NCBI RefSeq assembly: GCF_006345805.1
Contig: NC_043009.1
Span: forward strand, 30,442,001 to 30,506,000
Reading direction: 5' to 3'
DNA length: 64,000 nt
Origin: Octopus sinensis
Taxonomy: Eukaryota
Every line of letters starts with the position of its first letter. Within the stretch, counting starts at the first letter, position 1. Position numbers and translations under genes: made by a program. The notes beneath the pieces were generated by a model. The model saw nothing but the letters and a program-made list of their open reading frames with translations, was not told the origin of the DNA and did no database searches. Positions 26,750 through 39,764 of this stretch are shown here, one piece after another.

Positions 26750-27122
26750 TCTTTTATTTTACTCGTTTCAATCATCTGGAGCAGCGCCTTTAGTCGAGCA
26801 AATCGACCCCAGGACTTATTCTTTGTAAGCCTAGTACTTATGCTATTGGTCTCTTTTGCCGAACCGCTAAGTTACGGGGACGTAAACGCACCAGTATCGG
26901 TTGTCAAGCGATGGTGGGCTGACAAACACGGACAATCAAACACACACATATATGTATATACGACGGGCTTCTTTCAGTTCCCGTCTACCAAATCCACTCA
27001 CAAGGCTTTGGTCGTCCCGAGGTAATAGTAGAAGACACTCGCCCAAGGTGCCACGCAGTAGGACTGAACCCGGAACCATATGGTTGGTTAGCAAGCTACT
27101 TACCACACAGCCACTCCTGCGC
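26750..27122 (-). mobile_element. SINE family B, near full length
   Basis: Minus strand gcgcaggagtggctgtgtggtaagtagcttgc...ggttccgggttcagtcc...aagaagcccgtcg plus tail. Confidence 0.9.
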
Positions 27123-27136
27123 CTATAAAAATATTC

Positions 27137-27208
27137 TGGAGATGCCGGGGATCGGACCCGGGGCCTTTCGCATGCAAAGCGAACGCTCTAGCACTGAGTT
27201 ACGTCCCC
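27137..27208 (-). tRNA. tRNA-Ala(TGC), probably degenerate or a pseudogene
   Basis: GGGGACGTAACTCAGTGCTAGAGCGTTCGCTTTGCATGCGAAAGGCCCCGGGTCCGATCCCCGGCATCTCCA: 72 nt, G3:U70, perfect anticodon and T stems, TTTTT terminator 5 nt downstream; deviations C6.A67, A10.C25, D-loop GG>GC, T55>C. Confidence 0.85.
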
Positions 27209-27439
27209 GATATATATAATATATACATATATCTTTGCGTTTATACATACATACTTATATACATATGTGAGTGTATACGTCTGTATATACACACACATAC
27301 ATATATCCCTACGTATAGATATGTATATATTTGTATGTATCTCGAAATTTTCAAGTGCTGTTTACATTAACTAATGCATGTCGTTTAATTTGCTAATGTT
27401 TGGAAGAATATGTCTTCCATTACTGTAAAACGTCTTCGT

Positions 27440-28420
27440 AGTCTTCATTGCAAGCAAATAATGGCCTCTAAGTGGAATCCGCCTGCTGTTATAGAAGAGT
27501 TCCAAGAAGCTGAAGATCCTGGAGATAACACAGTTGACAAGAGCGATGCGCATTGATGCACGAGATAATTTTGAAAAGGGCTAGACCAAAATGAATGTCG
27601 TTGACTTGAATCACCCTTACCGATTGAATAAGTTGCTTTGCGCGGACTGACATTATCCGGGAATTTCCTGTACAATGCATTGTAGCAGTTGGTGGAAGAT
27701 TTGGGGTATTAAATGTTGTGTGAAAATTGAGTACCTCGGCAGCTGATATTTGAGTTAAAGGAGAGAATGGCGGAATTCGGAGTTTCTCTTCTGAAAGCGT
27801 TTATAGCCAATGAAGATGCGTTTTCCCTTTTCGATCTTGTTGATGGCATGAAACGTCGGCATATATTGACGATCACGCAACAAAGGTTCGTTTCACCATT
27901 TCATCCAATGGTATCACATCTTTTCTCCAAACACAATAAATTTATAGACAGAAATCTGCGCCGAAATTTATGGTTACTATTCCTCGGGGACGACAACGTG
28001 ACTAATCTCTTTGATTTTGTGTAAGTGATTGTATTGTGCAAGCGGTACAGCGAGGCGCTCAAAACTCCTTCTAAAACCAAGCTGAGGCCAAACAAAAATA
28101 TGAAAATAATCCATAGTTTCCGTGACAATGTGTGGCCACATCCATCTTAGGAATGAATCAGCATTCAGAAAATTAGGTTACTCGGCGGTTCCCCATCACC
28201 GTACAGCCAACATTTGATACTCGCCGACTTCCGCTCATCGGGCCAATGAAGGACAGTTGTTGCAAACAATAATCTGGTGAAAGTGACGACTTGAACGTGA
28301 CTTTGACGAAATGGGTACATCAATGTACATCTGAAAGTTTCAAGGAGGATTCAAGAGTTGGGTTCACCGAAGAAGAGGCTTGCGAAGGAATTTCGGATGA
28401 TTTAGTACCTTTGTACAGAG
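27440..28420 (+). pseudogene. Ancient, heavily decayed, near-full-length mariner transposase
   Basis: Across frameshifts: AVIEEF, LVEDLGY..VPRQL, DETSAY (GDETW-like), KLRPNKNMK..RDNVWPH (HDNARPH-like), AFRKLGY..PH..YS..(YSPDL-like), GPMKD. Confidence 0.65.
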
Positions 28421-28706
28421 GAAATGTTTTTCTATAAAGATGTGCAATTTAGCTACATATGTCAGCTGAATTCGGTTCATTTTCTTTTGTGCCAGTATTT
28501 CCGTTCACACCTTGTATATGTATGGTGGATTCCCTCTCGTTATCGAGTATGGCCATTGCACGAAGCTTAATCAATATTGTTATCGTGCAATGCCCGTGCA
28601 AGAAGATTGTTTTTAAAATGAGGAAAGGCTGTGCACTGAGTCAATCCCACTCACTAAGCAACAGCAGCCATAATCCGAAACGAAGAACAAGTCAACATCA
28701 TCGGTA

Positions 28707-29060
28707 ACCACTGAGCCGCAGGTTTTATGTCGGAGGTATCCCAGTTACCTGAGTTACCTTCTCCTAGAAAGCTGCCCTAACAAAGGCTAGGAGTCCTTCA
28801 CTCCTAATGGTTTAACCGCGCTATCGGGTATTCAGTCCGATTATTTCTATGTCCCCGCGCATGATACATCCTTAAGACATTTATTGGATTGCTGTTGACT
28901 CTCAAGAGTTTCTCCACCCTTTGACGGGTTTTGTTTTTCATCCCACAGGGTGTCCAATAAACACCCTCCTTGGTGGAGTTGTAGGTTTAGTCGCCGACGA
29001 CCCGACCATGCAACAGGTTGTACTGTGTTACACGTTACCAGTAGCACTCGAAAATGACCT
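28707..29060. repeat. GC-richer interspersed-repeat-like segment, possibly a retroposon UTR
   Basis: Composition shift and motifs reminiscent of RTE-type ends; no second copy in the window. Confidence 0.35.
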
Positions 29061-29636
29061 GACTTGTATACATACATAAATACATACATGAAAAATTATA
29101 CATATCATATGTACACGTGCAAATATCATTTATATGTGGCTGTGGGTGTCTGCGTTTGTGTGTGTGAGTGTGTGTACATTTGCATACAAACACGTGGCAC
29201 CAGTGGCAAAAAGCCAGTGGGAATAACCGATAAATGTTGAGGACAGTGACAAAAACAAACATAAGAAAATGAAATAATTACAATAACTCAACAAAAAATC
29301 CATGCGGTTATCAGACAAAAATGGAGTAGCAAAAAGGAAAAAAATGGTTGTCCTGTAGGACGTGAGACGGTTTGTCTTATAGGATATTCCTTACATTTCT
29401 GCATAACATGTCAACTTTGCTGATTCATATTGGAAAATGAAACACGGCTAATGGAGAATAAATAATATTAAACATTTCCATATGCCTGTTTTGTATATAT
29501 TAATATATATGTATATAAACAGGTATACTGATATACGCAAGCCGGGTTCTCTCATGATGTAATAACTCACTTCATCAATAAAAACAGGCCTGACACAGTT
29601 TAATGTATGAACCACTATCCATTTGTTGTTACTTGT

Positions 29637-29695
<59 letters not shown>

Positions 29696-29697
29696 TG

Positions 29698-29783
<86 letters not shown>

Positions 29784-29785
29784 TG

Positions 29786-29821
<36 letters not shown>

Positions 29822-30979
29822 TATGTATGTATATGTATAAAGAAAAAATAAGATATAAAGAATTGAAAAAACAAATTTAACAATCGTGTAAAAACAAGGG
29901 GATACTGATAATACAGGCTCATTCCCACACACTAAACATAGACACACAGACGTATACGCATGCGCAAATAACGACACAATAGGTATATAAAATGGCTGAT
30001 CATTAGTAAAGAAAGACACACAAAAGGAAGAAGAAAGCAAAGGATCAGCGATGAGGTCACAGAAGTGTGACGAAAGAACTCCGACCGAAATACGATTAAT
30101 GTAAAATAAAACTGAAGCAAGTGAACACCGAATATATAGTGCGAGTGTTTTTATTGGCTAAACTGGCAACATGACCGTCCCCAAATAGAACAATATACAC
30201 AGACACACACACACACATGTATATATGTGTGTGTATATATATACATACACACACACAGACATACACGAGTGTGTACATATATTTACAGTCAAACAAGTGG
30301 CGCCAGTGGCAAAAAAAGCACTGAGAATAGCTAACACACGCACACATGTATTTAAGTATGTATATATATGTAAGTATATAAGTATGTATGCATGAAAAAT
30401 ATTGTGCATGATATTATCAAGAATATGTTTCAACTTATATTTTGATATACATCTAATTTAACTTGAAAATGCAAGAATAACTCGAGATTAGAACTATAAA
30501 AATGTTTCCAGTTTAATACATATCATAAGAGGAACTTACTCTTCCACCTGCTCGGTAGACCTAGAATTTTACAACGAAGACATACACGTAGCAACAATTC
30601 TGTATTATTTGGTCTGAGTAATTACAGTTGTATACTGAAAGAACAATGCCCATCTAGTTTAATTTATCAGACAGCTTGTTGTTGTAAGAGTAATATATTT
30701 TGCCGTATAATGGCCACATTTCAAATGATATAGAACCACTACACTTTGATATCACTCGCTATTACATATCACTAAATCAAAACATTAAAATCATAATGTT
30801 TATAGCTACATATATTATGTGATTTACTCTTCCAAATGCTCTTCTGAAAATATAGTTTGATATATCAGTGGGTGTATCAGTATATATACACTCGAATATA
30901 TCTTCATATGCTTTTGAAATATCATAGTACTAAACGTCTCTGCTATTTACTTTGATATACATACAAAGACACGTGCATA

Positions 30980-31650
<671 letters not shown>

Positions 31651-31994
31651 GCGCATTAGTTTAGACATTCATTTATCAATATATTCTTTTGATATCGCAA
31701 CATGTTTTCTTTTTACTTCCATTCACCGCCATTTCTTTTACGTTTTCTTTTTTGTTTTGTTTTATAGTTGTTTTCGTGTTCCACCGATTCCTATAAATGG
31801 ATAATGTCACTTATCTTGATTACATCTTTGATATATTATCACTTTGATCGGAGAACCAAAAAATACAAACAATACAAGTTAAATCAAGATTAAAAAAATA
31901 AATATATATATATACATGTATACTCATTCCTCTACAGTATGTACATCGTTTTTGCGAAAGAACATAAGAGAGAAGGAAAAGAAAGGCCCACTCA

Positions 31995-32214
31995 GAAGTA
32001 ATAATAATAATAGTGATAATAATAATAAAATAATAATAATAATAATAATAATAATATGATAATAATAATATGATAAAAATAATAATAATAATATATAATA
32101 ATATAATGATAATAATAATAATAAAATAATAATAATAATGATAATAATAATAATAATAATATGATAATAATAATAATAATGATATAATAATAATAATAAT
32201 ATGAAATAATGATG

Positions 32215-32271
<57 letters not shown>

Positions 32272-32375
32272 TAATATAATAATAATAATAATAATGATAA
32301 TAATAATATAATAATAATAATAATAATAATATAATGATATAATAATAATACTAATAATAAATAATAATAATAATA

Positions 32376-32408
<33 letters not shown>

Positions 32409-32429
32409 GATAATGATAATATATAATAA

Positions 32430-32466
<37 letters not shown>

Positions 32467-32509
32467 TGATAATGATAATAATAATAATAATGATAATTAT
32501 AATAATAAC

Positions 32510-32570
<61 letters not shown>
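31995..32570. repeat. Long degenerate (TAA)n microsatellite
   Basis: Direct reading. Confidence 0.95.
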
Positions 32571-32982
32571 TATCCGCCAAAATCTGGAACGATCAGATTG
32601 TGAAGAATCCTGCCTCCAGAAGAATATTAGTGTACTACTTTTAGTATGTAATCTCACTGTAATGTCCTGATTTGGTATTTCGATATCTACTTTACTTACT
32701 TCATCGCGCGCACTTTTACTGTACTCATATTTTTTATTTCTCCTCCTACCACTTTTTATTCTATTTTTTTGGGTGGGGGTATCTTTACTTGTTTTCTATT
32801 ATGTTATGCTTAGAGCAATATTAGACAACCAACTTGTTATCCATCGATATGCTGATACGAAAGTTTGCAAGCGTGCATCTCTCTATCTGCCTGTTTATCT
32901 ATCTATCTGTCTGTCTGTGTGTCTATGTCTGCTGTCTGTCTATCTGCCTATCCATTTATTTGTCTATCTACCCGTCTATCCC

Positions 32983-33080
<98 letters not shown>

Positions 33081-33239
33081 CAACAAACTATTGATCTATA
33101 AAATCTATCCATCTCTCTCTCCCACTCTCTCTCTCTATATATATATATATATATGTATAAGGGTGGAAAGGAACACACGAGTTGATATATATGAGTCAAA
33201 AAGGAACACACGAGTTGATATATATAAGTCAAAAATAGA

Positions 33240-34612
33240 AAATGCTAAGATAATTTTATAGTGAATCTTTCAGTACCGGTTTCGGTCATTTTGAGACCTT
33301 TTCAACTGTAACGATTAAATAATTAAATTTAGAAAAATTAGAAGAAAAGTTTTTTTAAAAGAATATTTCTGTAGTAGTGTTCAGATATAAGTAGCATTCT
33401 GCCTTTCTCTGACTCCCTTGTTTGCACTTGTGTGTTCGAGGTCGTTTTGAGTTCTTGGTAGGATAGGTGAAGAATAAGGAGGCTGATGTGGAGAGGGGGG
33501 GGGAAAATCTGGAATGCCTTAATGGTCGTATTTTGAATGGTCAGTGGCTGACAGTAGTCGCAGTTCAATTCAGGAATTGTTTATGGAATTTGCGTAGGCG
33601 TTATACTGAAAGACATAGTGACAAGGTTAAGGGGTGGAAGGTGGAGAAGTAGAAGAAGAAGAAGATGACGATGTTGATGATGATGATGATGAAGAAGAAG
33701 AAGAAGAAGGAGAAGGAGAAGATGGTGGTGATGATGGTGGTGATGATGATGACGACGATGATGATGATAATGATGATGATGAAGAAGAAGAGGAAGAAGA
33801 AGAAGAAAAAAACAGAGAAGGGAGATATGAATGGGTGTAAGTATAGCTGTGATGGGGCTGATTAGTAATGGATTCTATGGAGTGTAATATTGTGTGTGTA
33901 TATATTTCTTTTTTCTAAAGTTGAGGTATATTAATTGTTTGTCGTAGACCCGTTAAGAAGTGGCTTGTATTTTGTAATAAAGAGATTTTCTTTACTTATT
34001 CGTTGTCTCGAGGTTGTATCGTCCCTAAATTGGTAGAGGGGAAAATTCTGAAGTTTGGTGTTTTTTTGTTGGCGCAAGTATCTATGTGTTGGCTAAAAGC
34101 TATTTCTCTGTTTTGGGGAATTTTTATCTGGGATCTGTGCAGGGCCATTCGTTTACGCAAACCATTTTTTGTTTGGCCTATGTACTGCTCTTGACACCCG
34201 GAGCAGGTTAGTGAGTATATTAGGTTCTCCGAAGCGCATGTGAAGTTGCTTTTCACTGTAAACCGTTGTCCCCGTTTGAAGGAGAACTCTGATCCCTCAA
34301 TTAGATAGTCGCATATCCCGCAATTGGGTCTTCCACATTTTTTTACTGTCGGCTTCTGTGTTGAAGAGTGAATTCGGGCTTGTGTTAGGAGACTTTTCAT
34401 GGATCTAGGCTGTCTTTTGCTTTTTATGATCGTGTGTGTTTGGAGGATTGTGTTCATTCTGTGGTCCTTTTTTAGGAGGGGTAGGTTGTGGAGGATGGTG
34501 TCGAAGGCTTCGTTATTGAGAGGGTTGTGTGTGGAGATGTATGGTAAGGCTTTTGGTTGTAAGTTTTTCTTTGATTTGGGATGTCTCAGTTCCTTGATGT
34601 TAAGTTGAAGGG
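33240..34612 (-). mobile_element. Penelope-like element, 5'-truncated (RT-EN linker, GIY-YIG endonuclease, terminal repeat with HHR)
   Basis: LPYISTHNP linker, KCGRPNCGIC, NLIYSLTCSGCQEQYIGQT..LRKRMALH, H..C; after a 1-nt frameshift SKENLFITKYKPLLN. Confidence 0.88.
33271..33308 (-). ncRNA. Minimal type I hammerhead ribozyme motif, U3:A8 core variant
   Basis: CAG TTGAAAA GGTC tcaaaat GACC GAAA CCGG TA CTG: helix I CAG/CTG, helix II GGTC/GACC, palindromic helix III ACCGGT, GUA cleavage triplet. Confidence 0.75.
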
Positions 34613-35984
34613 CACGTTGAATGCACTTGTCAATATATATATATATATATACACACTTACATATATATATGTATACATTTATGCAAGTAAATTTCTCTCA
34701 CTCAATACATATACACACATATATGTAAAGACACATACATACATACGTACATACATACATACATACATACATACATACATACATACATAGAAGTATACAA
34801 TGTCGGGTGAATTATTTCTTTCTTCACTAAGACAATTTTCAGTTGCAAATTAGTTTTATAGATAAAAACCAATAAATATTTCCTTTAATCCTTGAATGGC
34901 CTCGATCATCATAATCATCATTCTAGTCACCACCACCACCACCATATTTATCATCATGAACATCATCATCGTCGTCGTAATCATCATTCCCATCATCATC
35001 ATCACCATCGTTATCGTCGTCGTTCCCCTCTTCATCACTTTCATCATCCTAATTATCATCAGCATCATTATCACAATTATCGTCGTCGTCATCATCGTCT
35101 TCATAGTTTCATCATCAACATCAGACGCCCATCTTCATTCTCGTCAATATCATCAACCGCATAACCATTGTTATTATTTTTAGCCTTATCACGATTTTAA
35201 GCCATTTTATTCCTTCCAACTTCGCCCCCTCCCCACCCTCTCCTCCTCCTCATCATCATCATAATTTATTCCATGGTCATCAGTTTCATCACATCAACAT
35301 TACTTTCAGTAATCACTCCATGCCCTCCGCCATATCATCATCATGTTCACCACCATCATCATCATAATTAGCTATATATTATATATATGTATGTATCTTC
35401 TGCAATGAGATTTATTGTGCAGTTTTGTCCCACTCCTGATACCCATTACATCCACACCGTTTTACTCTACCCTGGTGACTCATATGCCTTTGCTTTCGTT
35501 TTCTATACAATTTTGTTGAGCATTTTTACTGCTATTTTCTATGAGTCGATAACTTTTATATCCTTAGACACAGCGTTTGAATGAAAACATTTCTGATAAT
35601 AATTTGTATTTGCACTGAACTGCTTCAGTCAGAAGCACACAGTTACATTCACATCACAGCTATCTTCATACTTGCTCATCTAATTATAGAAATAGAGCCA
35701 TACATACATGAATCCGATCGCAGATAAACAGTTACTCCGACATGTATAAAGCAAATACAGACATACAATCACATACAGAACAAACTGGAATAACTAGAAA
35801 CCGGCGCACAAAAAAGCATTAACGTTCACGCACGAAGATCCATAGAAACGTCCAAATTCTGACAAAGCCACTCCTATACATGCATACGTACACACATACG
35901 TACGTACGTACATACATACATACATGCATACATACATACACACGTACGTACGAACGTACGTACATACATACATACATACATGCA

Positions 35985-36140
35985 TACATACAAATGGGAA
36001 GTGTAACACACTGCCTAAATACAAATCTAGAGAATTTAGGCTTCTCAAAACCAGAAGGGAGAAAGCTAATTCGAAGACTACAGATAAAATCCGTAACTGG
36101 AACTGTAAAATCTGTAAAACTTTCCTGAAGTTTGTTTAAA
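35985..36140 (+). mobile_element. Possible retroelement ORF C-terminal remnant
   Basis: NLENLGFSKPEGRKLIRRLQIKSVTGTVK[frameshift]ICKTFLKF resembles LINE C-termini; family not assigned. Confidence 0.35.
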
Positions 36141-36329
36141 TATATATGGGCATGTCTAGATATTCAGGTATATGCAAAACATACAAAATAGCATATATAC
36201 ATACATAAAAGCAAAGAAAAATGCCCTGTTATTGATGTTGAAATTCCAAAGATCTAGGCTAGAAACCGGCTCTTTTTCTATTGGCAAGAAATCTTGAAAT
36301 AAAACTGAACAATGACATACATACGTAGA

Positions 36330-36925
36330 GAGACAGACAGAGAGAGATAGCTTGATCGAGCGACAGAGATAGTTGATTGTATGTTAAGAAGTTTGCCTCG
36401 CTACCAGATGGTTCCGAGTTCAGGCCCGTTGCGTGGCATCTGTACAAGTGTCTTCTACTATAGTCTCGGGCTGTCCACAAACTTGAGAGTGAGTTTTAGA
36501 GAGATAAACTGAAAGAAACTCGGCATGTGTGTGTGTGTTTGTATTTTGTCGATGTTTGTTCTTCACCATCACTTGATAACCGCTGCTAGTGTGATTGCGT
36601 CCCCTTAATCTAGCCGTTCGACTAAGATTCTTCAAGGCAGTACGTCAGTATGCCCGTAGTCCAACGATTGAAAGAACTGAAAGATTAAAAAGAAAAGATG
36701 ATAGATAGATGGTTATGTATGTATGTATGTATGTATGTGTGTGTGTGTACACACACACACGACGGCCTTCTGTCAATTTCTGTCTACGAAATCCTCTCAC
36801 GAAGCTTTCGTCGACCCGGGGATTTAGTAGAAAACACTTACTGAATGTGTCACGCAATGGGACTGAACCCGGAACAATGTTATTGGGAAGCAAGCTTCTT
36901 ACCACACAGCCACTCTTGCGCATAT
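36330..36925 (-). mobile_element. Two nested/tandem SINE family B pieces
   Basis: accacacagccactcttgcgc head at 36900-36921; a second partial head at 36390-36500; tail sequence between them. Confidence 0.75.
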
Positions 36926-37733
36926 GCTCACACCCAAACATTATGTATCTGTATTTATGTATTAAGTCATGTGTAGCCACTCATACAACACAGTCGCATA
37001 AAAGACAACCAGAAATACACATTGCTTCGCATGTGCACACATAATAAACACCTCTTAGCCAACGCACAATCACATAAATATACTCACGCTCAACCATAAA
37101 CGCGCATAGATACATCTGCCCTGATGATGCACAAAGGCATCTATAGGCATCGATCACCACCACTCAGTAACCCAGACACATACACACACTCAGACAGAAA
37201 CATATGAACACAGCTACACACACAGCTACATGCATTTTCAGGCACAGACGCAGAGAGAAATAGGTCTACATGCATGAGAAAGCAAAATGGCGCATACACA
37301 GACACACACATCTGCACATAGACGACTACCGTACACATAATACACACACCTTAGATCGAAAGCCTCCTACACGTACGCCTTATATCATAATCAGTTTTAT
37401 ATTATTATTATAAACTCCCTAAATGAAGCCCATTCATATAATAATCACTTTCTGAGTTTCCAGAAGTATCTGATCCCGACCATATGTTTGTAAATCCAAA
37501 CGTTGATTTGTTATGACTACTAATTAGAGTGAGTGCACTTTTAGCTTTGCGTGTGCCATACATTTTACAATATAACTCTATATTTTCCCAGTGACATACA
37601 TTACTCACACACGCCCACGTGCATACGCACATATATATAATGTATATTCGTCTATATAGGTTTAAATTCACATGTACACGCATACACTTGCACACTCATA
37701 CACACACACACACGCATACACACACACACACAT

Positions 37734-37786
<53 letters not shown>

Positions 37787-37788
37787 AT

Positions 37789-37847
<59 letters not shown>

Positions 37848-39099
37848 TAGATAGATAGATAGATATAGATATCCATCTGTATTCATGTAAATTTTCTTAT
37901 AAGCACACACATACGCACACACACACATCTAAATATCATAGGTTGTTATCTAACTCCGTGTACTTCACTACATGAAGTAGTTACTGAATAAATTATTCAA
38001 TATTAATTACAAATTCACAGTAATGAGTATTACCAATTGTTATTGTGTTCCTAAAATTTTCGTTGTTAGCCGCTGCTTAAAATACTCTTTGGTAACATGA
38101 GATGTTGCTCTTGATTAACCATTAGGCCTTCGGTGTGGGAAGATATGTCGATTAGAGCTCACTGCCTAAAATTCTTCACCTGTTTTCGATGTTTGCGATT
38201 ACGACTTAAATTTTCCGTATACCAAAAATTAATACAAAATTTCACTTTGCAAGACATACTTTTGACAAGCGTGTGTCGATAAAGTCTTGACGTAGACAGT
38301 CGTAGTTGTGAACGAATATTATATATCTACGTCTTTATGCATACAGAGATAAATGTATAAGGAAACATCTATAAGTAACATGTACGTATATATTTGTGTG
38401 CGTGATGAGTGCGAATGCTTGCATGTCTCTAGGACTTCTTTCACTAAGATGAGGAGAGAACATACATCATATTCAATTCAATTTATTTAACGTTATTTGC
38501 CTTATTTCATTATTAACAATGGGATTTTATTTTATTATTTCAAGAAAGATGAAAGGTAATGTGTGCTAAATAATATAACAAGATAAACCTATGTATTATT
38601 TTATAAACCTGTTGAAATATAGCATGAATGTAAAGGAATAAAAAGATAAAAAGATATCATATAAAATTACATCGAATACTGATTTTAAATATATCTCCTT
38701 TATCAGAGGCAGCAATACATTGTCATTCAAACATGAGAGTTAAGTTATATCGCAAGGCAACCAATGATATCTAAAACATTTGCAACACTTTCTTCTACCA
38801 TTGTCACTCATCGAGTTTTGTTTCCTTCGATGAAATTTTGCTGAATATACTTGTGATATACTGCCTAATGTGTGTTGGTCTGAGTGTGGGAAGCAAGAGA
38901 CCAGCCAAGGAATAAGACTTTAATCCAGTTTAGTATTTGAAAAGGGAAAATGTTTCTACCCCAGTAACTATAGTATTGAGAAACAGCATGCCTACCACCA
39001 CACGCCGTTTCCATTAAATAATCTAGTAAGAATCTTTTCCATCCCACTGCGATCATCCGGTGAGAAATATTGAAATTCACGTGAAGGGTATTTTTTCTC

Positions 39100-39135
<36 letters not shown>

Positions 39136-39547
39136 CATATTTCTGTCTATATTTCATTATTCCAAAAGCAATCAAGTATTAAATTGATGAAGGATTCATT
39201 GGCTATCAGTTAAGTAACAGCTTTAGTATACTTCTACGACGGAATTTAAGGAGCTACTTACAAGTACCGTCAGCATTTTCCTCTTTAAAAATGCATATAC
39301 ACATTACGACACACACACACTCATACAGACACGTACAATTTTGTTTTTCTTCTCACACACAACGTGCTATTAATGCATCTGTTCTTACTGCCGATACTGC
39401 TTCAATGCCAATAGATTTTGAGACGAGTTTTCTCAGCCAAAATACAAGGCATTATTAAAACATCTCTAAGACAATACTTAGGTACTCTATTTTTACTTTA
39501 ATATTTATCAATGTTTTTCTTTTTGTTGCATTGAAGTTTTGCAATGA

Positions 39548-39764
39548 ACGAGGGGATGCTGAAAAGTTCCTGGCTTTAAGGGTATCACAAAAGTCCTGGC
39601 TGAAGGTCTAGGAGGGTTTTTTTTACAGAATTAGAAAAACTGAAGGACCGCTGCAATAAGTTTGTGAATCTGAGAGGGAAATATGTCGAATAAAATCATA
39701 ATTAACTGAACCTCGTGTATTTTCTTTTACCCAAAGCCAGGAGCATTTTTACGCCCACTTCGTA
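39548..39764 (+). mobile_element. Mariner-derived MITE copy 2, both TIRs visible
   Basis: acgaggggatgctgaaaagttcctggcttt ... aaagccaggagcatttttacgcccacttcgTA; internal LEKLKDRCNKFVNLRGKYVE*. Confidence 0.85.

Noticed and set aside
31992-32657. 221-aa Tyr/Ile/Leu ORF
   Set aside because: Antisense of a (TAA)n tract
32575-32680. Possible LINE 3' end abutting the long (TAA)n
   Set aside because: Similarity to R4-type C-termini too weak to support by eye
33634-33840. Acidic ORF resembling a nucleolin/prothymosin tract
   Set aside because: (GAA/GAT)n simple repeat inside the Penelope 3' region; no splice or homology support
36236-36272. TTGAAAT...GAAACCGGCT hammerhead-like string (similar tagaaaccggc near 35795)
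   Set aside because: No convincing helix II or helix I, and no UH triplet
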